Positions 16,727 through 24,830 of a stretch of 44,449 nucleotides of DNA are shown here, in pieces. The position numbers were made by a program, and so were the translations under genes. The stretch comes from a virus. Taxonomy: Duplodnaviria > Heunggongvirae > Uroviricota > Caudoviricetes. Below the pieces are notes generated by a model. The model saw nothing but the letters and a program-made list of their open reading frames with translations, had not been told where the DNA came from and did no database searches. Location of the stretch: IMG/VR virus record IMGVR_UViG_3300045993_000138; one strand, written 5' to 3'. Positions within the stretch are counted from its first letter, which is position 1; every line of letters starts with the position of its first letter.

Positions 16727-17099
16727 TCTTTTCAAAGAAATCCTCCCATCCATCCTACACACCAAAAAGGACGTTCTTCCAGACGAAGAGGAAGCAAAAA
16801 CCTATAACCCATTTCTGGTAAATAAGGCACTTTCGCACCATATTGATGTAATAATGTATGCAAATGTGATGAATCAGAATTTTCACCTAGACAAAAAGAC
16901 CCAATATCAATTCTACATAAATACTATCAGATCTGCTAAAAGACCATTTACCCCGTGGTTCAAGGCAGCTAAAGAAAGTGATTTGGAAGCAGTTAAGTTA
17001 TACTTTGGTTATTCTGATAGACATGCTAGAGAAGCCCTAAAGACACTTACTGATAGTCAGATCGATGTTATAAGAAGAAAAACAACTATAGGTGACTGA
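16719..17099 (+). CDS. gp62: Clamp loader small subunit
   Basis: YNPFLVNKALS...D..MYAN.MN, QY.FYIN.IR..KR.F..W.K, YFGYS...A.EAL..L; GTG start. Confidence 0.9.
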   Translation: MADLFKEILPSILHTKKDVLPDEEEAKTYNPFLVNKALSHHIDVIMYANVMNQNFHLDKKTQYQFYINTIRSAKRPFTPWFKAAKESDLEAVKLYFGYSDRHAREALKTLTDSQIDVIRRKTTIGD

Positions 17100-17544
17100 C
17101 ATGAGTGTTGAAAATCCAGTTAAGGAAAACAACGATATTTTTTCTGGTAACGGAGTAGAAGTAACTCTAGAGAAAAAGGATGATTTCCTAAAAGTCCGCG
17201 AGACTCTTACCAGAATCGGCGTAGCCGCAAAGAAAGACAACGTACTCTACCAATCATGCCATATTCTACACAAGCAGGGTAGATATGCCATCGTCCATTT
17301 CAAGGAATTATTCCTGTTGGATGGCAAGCCATCTTCGATCATAGAGAATGATCTAGCAAGGCGTAATACAATCGCAAAGCTTTTGGAAGAATGGGGTCTG
17401 ATCAAGATCGTAAATTCCGAAAAGGCAAAAGAGCCAGTTGCCCCATTATCACAAATCAAGATTATTGCATTCAAGGATAAGAACGATTGGCAGTTAGTAG
17501 CAAAGTATAATATTGGACGTAAAAAGACAACAACTGAGTCGTAA
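17092..17544 (+). CDS. regA: Translational repressor RegA
   Basis: DDFLKVRETLTRIGVA, LYQSCHILHKQGRY.IVHFKELF.LDGK. Confidence 0.95.
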   Translation: MTDMSVENPVKENNDIFSGNGVEVTLEKKDDFLKVRETLTRIGVAAKKDNVLYQSCHILHKQGRYAIVHFKELFLLDGKPSSIIENDLARRNTIAKLLEEWGLIKIVNSEKAKEPVAPLSQIKIIAFKDKNDWQLVAKYNIGRKKTTTES

Positions 17545-17547
17545 ATT

Positions 17548-18117
17548 ATGGATCACATATATGAAGCCCCAAGATTCGGGGAAAATTGGTTTACATTTCA
17601 AAAACTCTACACCAACATGGTGCATGAGTTTCCTTCTGAAAGTATCTTTGTAGAAGTTGGTTCTTGGAAAGGTAAATCTTCTGCCTATATGGCAGTAGAG
17701 ATTGCTAACTCAAACAAGAATATAAAGTTTTATTGTGTAGATACTTGGGAAGGTAGTGTGGAACATAAAGATCGTGAAGATTTGAAAAGTCTTTATGATA
17801 CTTTCATTTCTAACATGGCACCAGTAGAAAATTATTATACCCCGATGCAAATGTCATCTTTAAAAGCAGCAAGAATTTTTGCTGATGAAATATTCGATTT
17901 CGTATTCATAGATGCTTCCCACCAATACGAAGATGTCATTGAAGATATCAAGGCATGGTATCCTAAAGTCAAGAAAGGCGGAATCATAGCCGGTCATGAT
18001 TACTATCAAGGCGGCGACGCATATGGATTCGGAGTTCACAGAGCGGTGAATGAGTATTTTCCGAATGGAAATTTCACATCAGATCCACAACAATATACAT
18101 GGATGCATAGAAAATGA
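17548..18117 (+). CDS. Class I SAM-dependent methyltransferase (Methyltransf_24-like, often sugar O-methyltransferase)
   Basis: VEVGSWKGKS, VDTW.G, FVFIDASH.YE.V..DI.AW...VK.GGIIAGHDY. Confidence 0.85.
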   Translation: MDHIYEAPRFGENWFTFQKLYTNMVHEFPSESIFVEVGSWKGKSSAYMAVEIANSNKNIKFYCVDTWEGSVEHKDREDLKSLYDTFISNMAPVENYYTPMQMSSLKAARIFADEIFDFVFIDASHQYEDVIEDIKAWYPKVKKGGIIAGHDYYQGGDAYGFGVHRAVNEYFPNGNFTSDPQQYTWMHRK

Positions 18118-18371
18118 GTGCAGTGAAAAAGCAAGAATGGTTAGATTATCTTGTCGATACAGTAGAGAAAGAACATGATCCTAGTGTGCAGAGATTTGCA
18201 CCTTTTTTCAAAGTTATCATTGATGATGTAAAGACTAAGAAAACCACATGTGATCAGGCTATCGGTTACATAAAAGCAGTAGCGCCATCTATCGTAGAAG
18301 ATTCGAAAGAGCCGCACCGCATTCAAAAGTTAATTGATGGTATCGTAACTTTTACACAAAAAATTCCTTGA
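18114..18371 (+). CDS. Hypothetical protein
   Basis: ATGA overlap with the methyltransferase; 85 aa, no recognisable motif. Confidence 0.55.
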   Translation: MSAVKKQEWLDYLVDTVEKEHDPSVQRFAPFFKVIIDDVKTKKTTCDQAIGYIKAVAPSIVEDSKEPHRIQKLIDGIVTFTQKIP

Positions 18372-18396
18372 CTCTTAAGCAAGTTTCCTATATAAT
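18368..18396 (+). promoter_or_regulatory. sigma70-type promoter for hsp20
   Basis: TTGACT-17-TATAAT. Confidence 0.75.
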
Positions 18397-18400
18397 GTAT

Positions 18401-18462
18401 GTGTAGATGCCCATTTGGGGTCTACACACGTAATATAACTTGCTTAATTAAGGAGTCTCAAA
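18401..18462 (+). promoter_or_regulatory. Structured hsp20 5' UTR; ROSE-like RNA thermometer
   Basis: 5' hairpin GTGTAGAT(G)CCC-ATTT-GGGGTCTACAC; second hairpin ACTT(G)CTT-AATT-AAGGAGT pairs the UUGCU motif with the SD and leaves a bulged G. Confidence 0.6.
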
Positions 18463-18891
18463 ATGGAAGCATTTCCAAAACTTTCGCTCGACCGTTATCT
18501 ACCATCCACACTAGGTTTCGAACATTTCTTCGACATTCTAGATCGTGCCGCAGATATCGTAAATACCACAAACACCACTTTCCCTCCAGTCAACGTAGTT
18601 GCCGTGGACACCAACAAGTGGGTAATTGAACTAGCAATTGCTGGTTACAAGAACGAAGAAATCGATGTTTCCGTTGAGAAGAATTCACTCAAGATTGTCG
18701 GCAAGAAGGCTGACAAGGATGAACGTCAGTATCTTGCAAAGGGTATTGCCGGTCGTCAGTTTACCAGAGTGTTTCTTCTAGCGGATACTGTTGTCGTCAA
18801 TGATGCGGTTCTCGCAGACGGCATTCTTTCAGTCAGTCTGGAAAACATCGTACCCGAAGAGCAAACCGCTCGTAAGGTCAAAGTAAAGTAA
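18463..18891 (+). CDS. hsp20: Small heat shock protein (IbpA/Hsp20)
   Basis: FPPVNVV, IELAIAG...EEI.V, YL.KGIAGRQF.R.F.LAD.V.V..A.L.DGIL.V.LE..VPEE. Confidence 0.95.
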   Translation: MEAFPKLSLDRYLPSTLGFEHFFDILDRAADIVNTTNTTFPPVNVVAVDTNKWVIELAIAGYKNEEIDVSVEKNSLKIVGKKADKDERQYLAKGIAGRQFTRVFLLADTVVVNDAVLADGILSVSLENIVPEEQTARKVKVK

Positions 18892-18909
18892 TGATTTATT
18901 GGAACGATT

Positions 18910-18933
18910 GGTGGGTATCGAAAGGTACCCACC
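18910..18933 (+). terminator. GNRA-capped hairpin after hsp20 (terminator or 3' stabiliser; no U-tract)
   Basis: GGTGGGTATC-GAAA-GGTACCCACC. Confidence 0.5.
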
Positions 18934-18968
18934 TGCACAAGTGTGCAAAAAATAAGAAGGAGAGAAAA

Positions 18969-19067
18969 ATGGAAACTATTACATCAAACAAGAGAGTTGT
19001 TGCTGCACTTGGTGCATTAACCTTGACAGTTGTTGGTTTTTGTGTTATCATATCATATATGTGGTAA
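18969..19067 (+). CDS. Putative 32-aa single-pass membrane peptide (below the ORF-track cutoff)
   Basis: METITSNKRVVAALGALTLTVVGFCVIISYMW*; strong RBS AAGGAG. Confidence 0.5.
   Translation: METITSNKRVVAALGALTLTVVGFCVIISYMW
19023..19051 (+). promoter_or_regulatory. sigma70-type promoter for the dCMP deaminase gene, embedded in the small ORF
   Basis: TTGACA-17-TATCAT with TGn extended -10. Confidence 0.6.
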
Positions 19068-19082
19068 TAGTTCGGGTATATT

Positions 19083-19592
19083 ATGAATTGGGATGAGTTG
19101 TTTATTAAACAAGCGATGTTGATTGCTGAGAAAAGCAAAGACTCAAGTACGAAAGTCGGCTGCGTTATTGTCGGTGATGGTAACGCAGTTCTTTCTATGG
19201 GTTTCAATGGATTCCCAAGAGGCGTCATAGAAGATGAATTTGAATGGACTAAATTCATCAAAAGTGAAGCACTCGATGATTTTACATTCACACGCTGGAA
19301 TCGTCCAGAGAAGTATTCGTGGATAGAACACGCAGAACGTAATGCTGTATATAATGCGGCACGCAATGGAATCAGACTGGCTGGTGCCAGAATGTACCTG
19401 AATTTCGAACCTATGGCAATGTGTGCAGATTGCACCCGTGCCATGATTCAATCAGGTATCAAAGAAATTATTGGACCCGATATCCCATTTGCTGGTAAGG
19501 GTGCTGGAACGCACTATCACTTGTCCTATTCAGGACAGATGCTTGAAGAAGCTGGTGTGAAAGTTAGAATTGTAAAGTGGAGTAAAGAATGA
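19083..19592 (+). CDS. cd: dCMP deaminase
   Basis: SKD.STKVGCVIV, GFNGFPRG, HAE.NA, C..C zinc ligands (MCADC). Confidence 0.9.
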   Translation: MNWDELFIKQAMLIAEKSKDSSTKVGCVIVGDGNAVLSMGFNGFPRGVIEDEFEWTKFIKSEALDDFTFTRWNRPEKYSWIEHAERNAVYNAARNGIRLAGARMYLNFEPMAMCADCTRAMIQSGIKEIIGPDIPFAGKGAGTHYHLSYSGQMLEEAGVKVRIVKWSKE

Positions 19593-20395
19593 AAGTAGTA
19601 ATGGGACCATATTTAAATTGGTACGGTCCATATCAAATTGCGGAAATCCTCCTAAAGCCTTACAAGTGGTTTCTTTGGAGTAAGGAAGCATACGATGTTC
19701 GCCACATTTGGTTCAAGCCAGAATTCAAGACTCACATCGAGAACATTGATGTCTGGTATCCAATCGATGAAAAATTCAAGAAGGTCAGTCATGATTTTGG
19801 TGGCTGGCTATGTGGTCCAGATCAGAAGAAAAGTTGGCTAATGAAAGTATGTACTTGGATTCATGCCAAGAGAGATCGTAAGATCAAGGTAAGAATCGAT
19901 AGCTATGACGTATGGAGTATGGATAGTACTCTCAGTCCAATCATTCTTCCCTTGCTAAAGAAGCTAAAGGAAGTTCAACACGGTGCTGGATTTGTTGATG
20001 ATGCCGATGTTCCAGAAGAACTTCGTAGTACATCAGCAGGACCAAAAGAAAATGATTGGGATGTTGATGATAATCACTTCAAGCGTTGGGATTGGGTTCT
20101 CAATGAAATGATTTGGGCATTCGAACAACTCAATGATGAAGATAACGATCTTCAATTCTCTTCTGGTGATATGGATTCACTCTGGCAATCTCTGGATAAG
20201 GATAGCAAGCCTATCGGTGAACCACACGCTTTGGGTGAAAGAAAAAAGAATGTTGAAGGTACTGAATACTACGAAATAGTTGATGGACCAAAACACACCT
20301 ACAAGGTGGATTACGATGCTATGAAAATCCATCATGATCGTATCAAAAATGGAACCCGTCTTTTCGGCGTATACTTCCAAAACCTCTGGGATTAA
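19589..20395 (+). CDS. Conserved T4-like hypothetical protein
   Basis: GPYQIAE, ID.YD.WSMD.TL..IILP.LK.LK...HG, W.WVL.EMIWAFE, G..LFG.YF..LWD pattern; ATGA overlap. Confidence 0.65.
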   Translation: MKVVMGPYLNWYGPYQIAEILLKPYKWFLWSKEAYDVRHIWFKPEFKTHIENIDVWYPIDEKFKKVSHDFGGWLCGPDQKKSWLMKVCTWIHAKRDRKIKVRIDSYDVWSMDSTLSPIILPLLKKLKEVQHGAGFVDDADVPEELRSTSAGPKENDWDVDDNHFKRWDWVLNEMIWAFEQLNDEDNDLQFSSGDMDSLWQSLDKDSKPIGEPHALGERKKNVEGTEYYEIVDGPKHTYKVDYDAMKIHHDRIKNGTRLFGVYFQNLWD

Positions 20396-20405
20396 GTTAA
20401 ATAGC

Positions 20406-20434
20406 TTGCTATTAAGAAACTCATATGTTATACT
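20406..20434 (+). promoter_or_regulatory. sigma70-type promoter
   Basis: TTGCTA-17-TATACT with TGn extended -10. Confidence 0.65.
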
Positions 20435-20465
20435 GTAACAGTGTTTTACCATTTGAGGTTGGCTA

Positions 20466-20708
20466 TTGCTTATGAATAATTATCGGAAATCTGCTATTTC
20501 TCTTGCTCCGCGTGTTGTGTTCAATCCGGCAAACAGAAAGCATCTGAAAGAATATGCTATTTTTGTAAAGACAAAGAACTGGCGAAATGGATGTAACTTC
20601 CTTTTGGAAGATCCATATACAGATATCCCATCAATGATCAACGAGAAGGTAGTATTTCACCTTCTAAAGCCATTAATGAAAAATGACAACAATCCAACTC
20701 CTGAGTGA
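20466..20708 (+). CDS. Small hypothetical protein
   Basis: RBS GAGGT upstream; R..FNP.N..H...Y..F.K...W..GC.F.LE.PY pattern. Confidence 0.6.
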   Translation: MLMNNYRKSAISLAPRVVFNPANRKHLKEYAIFVKTKNWRNGCNFLLEDPYTDIPSMINEKVVFHLLKPLMKNDNNPTPE

Positions 20709-21513
20709 TCTACATCTTGAATTCGGTGGTCTAGAACTATCGGGTGGTGATGTTCTTTTGCTTGCAGGAGACATCACTGTTGCTGATTACCTGCGTCCAG
20801 AACGTACGGACAAGGATGCTCGCAATCTAAAGAAAGTATGCAACCAATTCTTTTTTGAAGAGTGCGACAAGTACAAGAAGGTTTTCTACATTGCTGGAAA
20901 CCACGAACACTATTCTGGTGTCTACGAAGATACTCATGATATTCTGCGCCAGTATCTGAATGGTACGAACGTAACATATCTACAGAACGAAGTTGCCGAG
21001 ATTGACGATAATACCGTCGTCTTCGGTGCCACATTGTGGACAGATTACAGCAATGGAAATCCACTGTTCATGAATGCGGCTAATCACGGCATGAATGATT
21101 TCCACATCATTCAGAAGAAGTACACTTCTACTCGCGGAATCTACCAGCATTATTCTGCGCTCGGCAGACTACGTGTAGATGACGTAATCGAAGAACATAA
21201 GAATTCTTTGAAAATTCTTCGTGAGCAACTGATTCAGCATGATAAGAATTTTATCGTGATGACTCATCATTGTCCAACATTCAAGAGCAGTCATCCAAAG
21301 CATGGTATCAATAATCCGTTGAACTATGCATATTGTTCTAATCTAGATGGTCTGTTCTTTGAATACCCAAGAATCAAACATTGGGTTCATGGACACACTC
21401 ACGATTCGCACGATTATCCTGTTGGAGACGCAAGAGTTATTTGTAACCCTCGCGGCTATGCTCCACAGGATCTAAATCGAGATTTCAATCCAACATTTAC
21501 TTTCGAGGTTTAA
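20683..21513 (+). CDS. Calcineurin-like metallophosphoesterase
   Basis: SDLHLE, LAGDI, GNHEHY, THH, HGHTH. Confidence 0.9.
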   Translation: MTTIQLLSDLHLEFGGLELSGGDVLLLAGDITVADYLRPERTDKDARNLKKVCNQFFFEECDKYKKVFYIAGNHEHYSGVYEDTHDILRQYLNGTNVTYLQNEVAEIDDNTVVFGATLWTDYSNGNPLFMNAANHGMNDFHIIQKKYTSTRGIYQHYSALGRLRVDDVIEEHKNSLKILREQLIQHDKNFIVMTHHCPTFKSSHPKHGINNPLNYAYCSNLDGLFFEYPRIKHWVHGHTHDSHDYPVGDARVICNPRGYAPQDLNRDFNPTFTFEV

Positions 21514-21515
21514 TT

Positions 21516-21803
21516 ATGGCTACTTTTACTTTTATTATGGAACGAGACGGGGATAGTGAAAATCTTCCTTACAAGAGAGTTAATCTTGAATTTGAAGCGA
21601 GTCCAGATATCACACACATGGAACTCTGTGATCAATTTCAACAGTTTCTAGTTGGTTGTGGATATCTGTTCAATCTGAACGACAAGCTTCGCCCTGTAGA
21701 AGATGATGTAGTGTTTGACATTACTTCTTTAGGAGAAGAGGTACTGGCAGATTCCGAATGGGAAGAAGAGACTGTAATTTTCCCAATTGAGGACGAGATT
21801 TAA
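21516..21803 (+). CDS. Acidic hypothetical protein
   Basis: Tight coupling on both sides (TAATG with the next gene). Confidence 0.55.
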   Translation: MATFTFIMERDGDSENLPYKRVNLEFEASPDITHMELCDQFQQFLVGCGYLFNLNDKLRPVEDDVVFDITSLGEEVLADSEWEEETVIFPIEDEI

Positions 21804-22546
21804 TGTCTCCTAAAGTTACAGTTATCACGGCATCCACTGGAAATCCTATTCTCCATAGGACCGTCGAATCAGTTGTAACACAAACTCACCCTAACGTTCA
21901 GCACTTAATCTTTGCTGACGGTCCTGAACGTTGGAGTGATGTTGAGAAACAACTTCCTACTCGTATGGGATTTGTTGGTAATAAAAATATCAACGTTGTG
22001 AAGCTTCCATATTCTATCGGTAAGGATCGTTGGAACGGTCATAGAATGTATGCAGCAGGATCCTTCATTGCCGAAGGTGAATATATCATGTTCCTTGATG
22101 ATGATAACACCATTGCCGAAACTCACATCGAAGATTGCTTGAAGGTTATCGAAGCTGGAAATCAGTGGGCATTTTCCTTCCGTAATATCACAGATAAGGC
22201 AGGAAATGTTCTCTGTGAAGATAACTGTGAAAGTCTTGGAAAGTGGGCAAGTGTTCTGCATCCAGAAGATCTGTTCATCGATGTCAACTGTTTCTTTCTT
22301 CCACGCCTTCTAGCAGTGCAGATTACTCCACTCTGGTTTCGTAAGTTCAGAGAACCCGGACAACCAGAAATTGATCGTGTGCTTTCTCATGCCATGCGAC
22401 AATTGGGACCAAAGCATGATACTACATATAAGTACACTGTGAATTACACTGTGGGAAATACTGAGAACTCTGTACAGAAAGAATTCTTCGACAGGGGTAA
22501 CGCAGAAATGCTCAAGCGATATGGCGGAAATCTACCTTGGAAATAA
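21803..22546 (+). CDS. Family 2 glycosyltransferase
   Basis: VTVITAS, SV..QT..NVQHLIFADG, GEYIMFLDDDN (DxD), IDVNC. Confidence 0.85.
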   Translation: MSPKVTVITASTGNPILHRTVESVVTQTHPNVQHLIFADGPERWSDVEKQLPTRMGFVGNKNINVVKLPYSIGKDRWNGHRMYAAGSFIAEGEYIMFLDDDNTIAETHIEDCLKVIEAGNQWAFSFRNITDKAGNVLCEDNCESLGKWASVLHPEDLFIDVNCFFLPRLLAVQITPLWFRKFREPGQPEIDRVLSHAMRQLGPKHDTTYKYTVNYTVGNTENSVQKEFFDRGNAEMLKRYGGNLPWK

Positions 22547-23250
22547 AAACTGCACTTCAAATCTCTGGTCAAATCAGAGATGCAAAGAATTGTTTCGAGT
22601 CGGTCAAGACTCACATTCTGGATAAGTTCAATCCAGATGTCTTCATTGATACATGGAAGCCGTCGAATAGAATCATGGATCATAGGGGAGCATATATTCC
22701 CAATGAAATGACCATTGATGAAGTTATTGAAAGCTATAATCCAAAGGTTATTCAGGTAGAAGATTTTGATACTCCATTAATGAAGCATATTGCAGAATTC
22801 GAATACGAAAGAAGGAATGCCTATGATGGTACATTCCCTTGGGAAACCAAGTTTCAAAACGTATTCTATATGTACTATAAAGTATGGAAGGCAAACACAC
22901 ACAGATGTTCATACGAAAATCTCAATGTTTTCAAATATGACAGAGTAATCAAGTCAAGATTTGATTTGAGATTCGATGATTTTCCAGATATTATTCCAGA
23001 GAAGAATACTGTGTACGTTCCTTCCGGTTGGGATTGCAGGGGTGGATTGAGCGACCTTCTGGCAATTGGAGATAGTGAAACAATCGGCAAGTACTGTCGT
23101 TTGTTTGAATGCCTTAGAACTTATCACGATAATGGCATCACTCTGCATCCAGAATCTGTATTGAGAAAGCATCTTGAAAACAACAACATCAAGATTGAAC
23201 GATTTGATCTAAAATATTATTTAAGGGAGATGTATCTTGGGGAACCATAA
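22537..23250 (+). CDS. Glycosyltransferase-like protein (K.AL.ISGQ.R family)
   Basis: TALQISGQIR, DVFI.TW, MYYK, YD.VIKSRFD, SD.LAIG, HPES.L..HL; TTG start. Confidence 0.6.
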   Translation: MEIKTALQISGQIRDAKNCFESVKTHILDKFNPDVFIDTWKPSNRIMDHRGAYIPNEMTIDEVIESYNPKVIQVEDFDTPLMKHIAEFEYERRNAYDGTFPWETKFQNVFYMYYKVWKANTHRCSYENLNVFKYDRVIKSRFDLRFDDFPDIIPEKNTVYVPSGWDCRGGLSDLLAIGDSETIGKYCRLFECLRTYHDNGITLHPESVLRKHLENNNIKIERFDLKYYLREMYLGEP

Positions 23251-23956
23251 CGCATGTCTGGTATCAGTATTCATGGACAATATTGATCCAAAGACAGTAG
23301 AACTACAAAAGCAAGTTGTCGAAAAATACAATGTCAGCAAGTATCCACACTTCCAGATCAAGACCAACGCTACACACGCTTTGACTCTTGACTATTTTTG
23401 GGGTATTAACGGTGTGAAGGTGGAGACTATGCAAGGTCAAAATCTCCAGAAGCAACTAGATTTTGATATTATTCTTTCTCTGGATCTTGACTGTATTCCA
23501 TTGAGTGAAACTGCCATTGATCATTATGTAAATGGTGCAGCCGAATCCAAGCTAATCGGAAATGCTCAAAGTTCGAATCATATTGATGGAGGAAAGCATG
23601 TATTTGCTGCTCCATCAGCAACAGCAATTCACAGAGAAATTTTTCTAACTATTGGAAAACCATCGGCAAACCCGACTGCAAGAGGGGATGTTCTTGAAGA
23701 ATACACTTGGATGGCAGAAAAAGCTGGTATAAAACTTGACTTAATCATGCCAATGAGGTATGATGATCCTGTAGTTCGCTATGATTGGGAAAAGGATCGT
23801 GACCCATTTTGGAAGCTTCCAAACGGAATTCCATATGGTCAGGGAACCACATACGGTTCAGAAGAACTTGGAGATTTGTTTTACCACAACTTTCAAATCT
23901 TTCAAGGTAATAATCAACAGAAGTTTTGGGCACGTTGCGAAAAGGCATTAGGATAA
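23237..23956 (+). CDS. Putative GT-A glycosyltransferase-like protein
   Basis: DIILSLDLDCIPL (DxD); TTG start with AAGGGAGA RBS. Confidence 0.55.
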   Translation: MGNHNACLVSVFMDNIDPKTVELQKQVVEKYNVSKYPHFQIKTNATHALTLDYFWGINGVKVETMQGQNLQKQLDFDIILSLDLDCIPLSETAIDHYVNGAAESKLIGNAQSSNHIDGGKHVFAAPSATAIHREIFLTIGKPSANPTARGDVLEEYTWMAEKAGIKLDLIMPMRYDDPVVRYDWEKDRDPFWKLPNGIPYGQGTTYGSEELGDLFYHNFQIFQGNNQQKFWARCEKALG

Positions 23957-23960
23957 TATT

Positions 23961-24170
23961 ATGGCAAACAGAAGCACATTCAATTCATCATTACCAAGAG
24001 ACGTAAAGAGACTACTCCTTATGTCTTCAGTTAAGGGTGGTTGGTCAAAGAATCAACTCCACCGTGAGTGTCAAGATTGGGCAAAGGCACATGCACACCA
24101 CAAGGAAGTTGTTCGTAAGCGTCTCTCAATGAAGGGTAACGTCGATGTGGAAGAAGCTGTTTCAGAGTAA
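23961..24170 (+). CDS. Small basic hypothetical protein
   Basis: RBS GGA(T); 69-aa ORF in operon context. Confidence 0.55.
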   Translation: MANRSTFNSSLPRDVKRLLLMSSVKGGWSKNQLHRECQDWAKAHAHHKEVVRKRLSMKGNVDVEEAVSE

Positions 24171-24366
24171 AGAACCAGTGGCTGCACCAATACCAGTAGT
24201 AAAGCTTAGGGTTTTACTGCAACCAATGAACACGCCGAAACCAATTGGTTTCGATATTATTGACGAGAATAACAAAACGATAGGTACTCTGGAGTATAAG
24301 GAAGCCATCAGGGCACTCATGGAATACGAAAACTATTTAAAACAGTACCTAAATAACCATAGATGA
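24145..24366 (+). CDS. Hypothetical protein
   Basis: 73-aa ORF overlapping the previous gene. Confidence 0.5.
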   Translation: MWKKLFQSKEPVAAPIPVVKLRVLLQPMNTPKPIGFDIIDENNKTIGTLEYKEAIRALMEYENYLKQYLNNHR

Positions 24367-24370
24367 TGAT

Positions 24371-24568
24371 ATGAGTGAGCGATTAATAGGGCAAATAAAT
24401 TGGAAGGATGAAGAAGTCAAGATTTACATTTGTAAAGATGACCACATTCCTGATAGTCAAGAGTATATGTTTTTCCGTATCAAAACTCCAGAAGAAGGTA
24501 TGGGACTTGGATTGACAATTCGGAGAATGTTATATTTGGCTAATTTGGAACCACCATTGGGTGGATGA
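24371..24568 (+). CDS. Hypothetical protein
   Basis: 65-aa ORF; possible late-promoter variant CTAAATA at 24349. Confidence 0.5.
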   Translation: MSERLIGQINWKDEEVKIYICKDDHIPDSQEYMFFRIKTPEEGMGLGLTIRRMLYLANLEPPLGG

Positions 24569-24576
24569 TTTTCAGG

Positions 24577-24649
24577 AGCGGCGGTAGCTCAGTGGCAGAG
24601 CATAAGTCTCATAAACTTGGGGTCATTGGTGCAATTCCAATCTTCGCTT
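24577..24649 (+). tRNA. Atypical or degenerate tRNA with CAT anticodon (Met or Ile2)
   Basis: D arm GCTC/GAGC, anticodon arm TAAGT-CT CAT AA-ACTTG (CAT at 24610-24612), T arm ATTGG-TGCAATT-CCAAT; the acceptor stem needs a 1-nt bulge; no encoded CCA. Confidence 0.7.
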
Positions 24650-24666
24650 GATTTTCTAAAGGATAG

Positions 24667-24783
24667 ATGAGTAAATTTTTACTTCTATGTTCTTGTATTA
24701 TCTGTAAACAACAGACTACAACACAATCTCTAAATGCACACATAATTTCGTGTGTAAAACCTGAGAACTATTGTGTAGAATAG
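24667..24783 (+). pseudogene. 38-codon Cys-rich ORF, possible truncated homing-endonuclease N-terminus
   Basis: MSKFLLLCSCIICKQQTTTQSLNAHIISCVKPENYCVE*, RBS AAGGA; CxxC...H...C zinc-finger-like pattern. Confidence 0.35.
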
Positions 24784-24830
24784 AAGAAAAGGTAATAAAA
24801 TAGTAATATGAATTTAATATATTAGGAGAA

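Noticed and set aside
16916-16923. CATAAATA late-promoter-like motif inside gp62 (a similar one at 36381)
   Set aside because: Explained by coding sequence (YIN in gp62, HKY in the kinase); not positioned in an intergenic region.
18395-18460. CIRCE/HrcA operator upstream of hsp20
   Set aside because: The inverted repeat does not match TTAGCACTC-N9-GAGTGCTAA; it fits RNA hairpins better.
18896-19451. 182-aa and 102-aa minus-strand ORFs
   Set aside because: They overlap the dCMP deaminase and the small membrane ORF on the coding strand; no motifs or promoter support.
22530-22550. Programmed frameshift fusing the GT2 to the next GT-like ORF
   Set aside because: No canonical X XXY YYZ slippery site or downstream structure; a TTG start in a 10-nt overlap is the simpler explanation.
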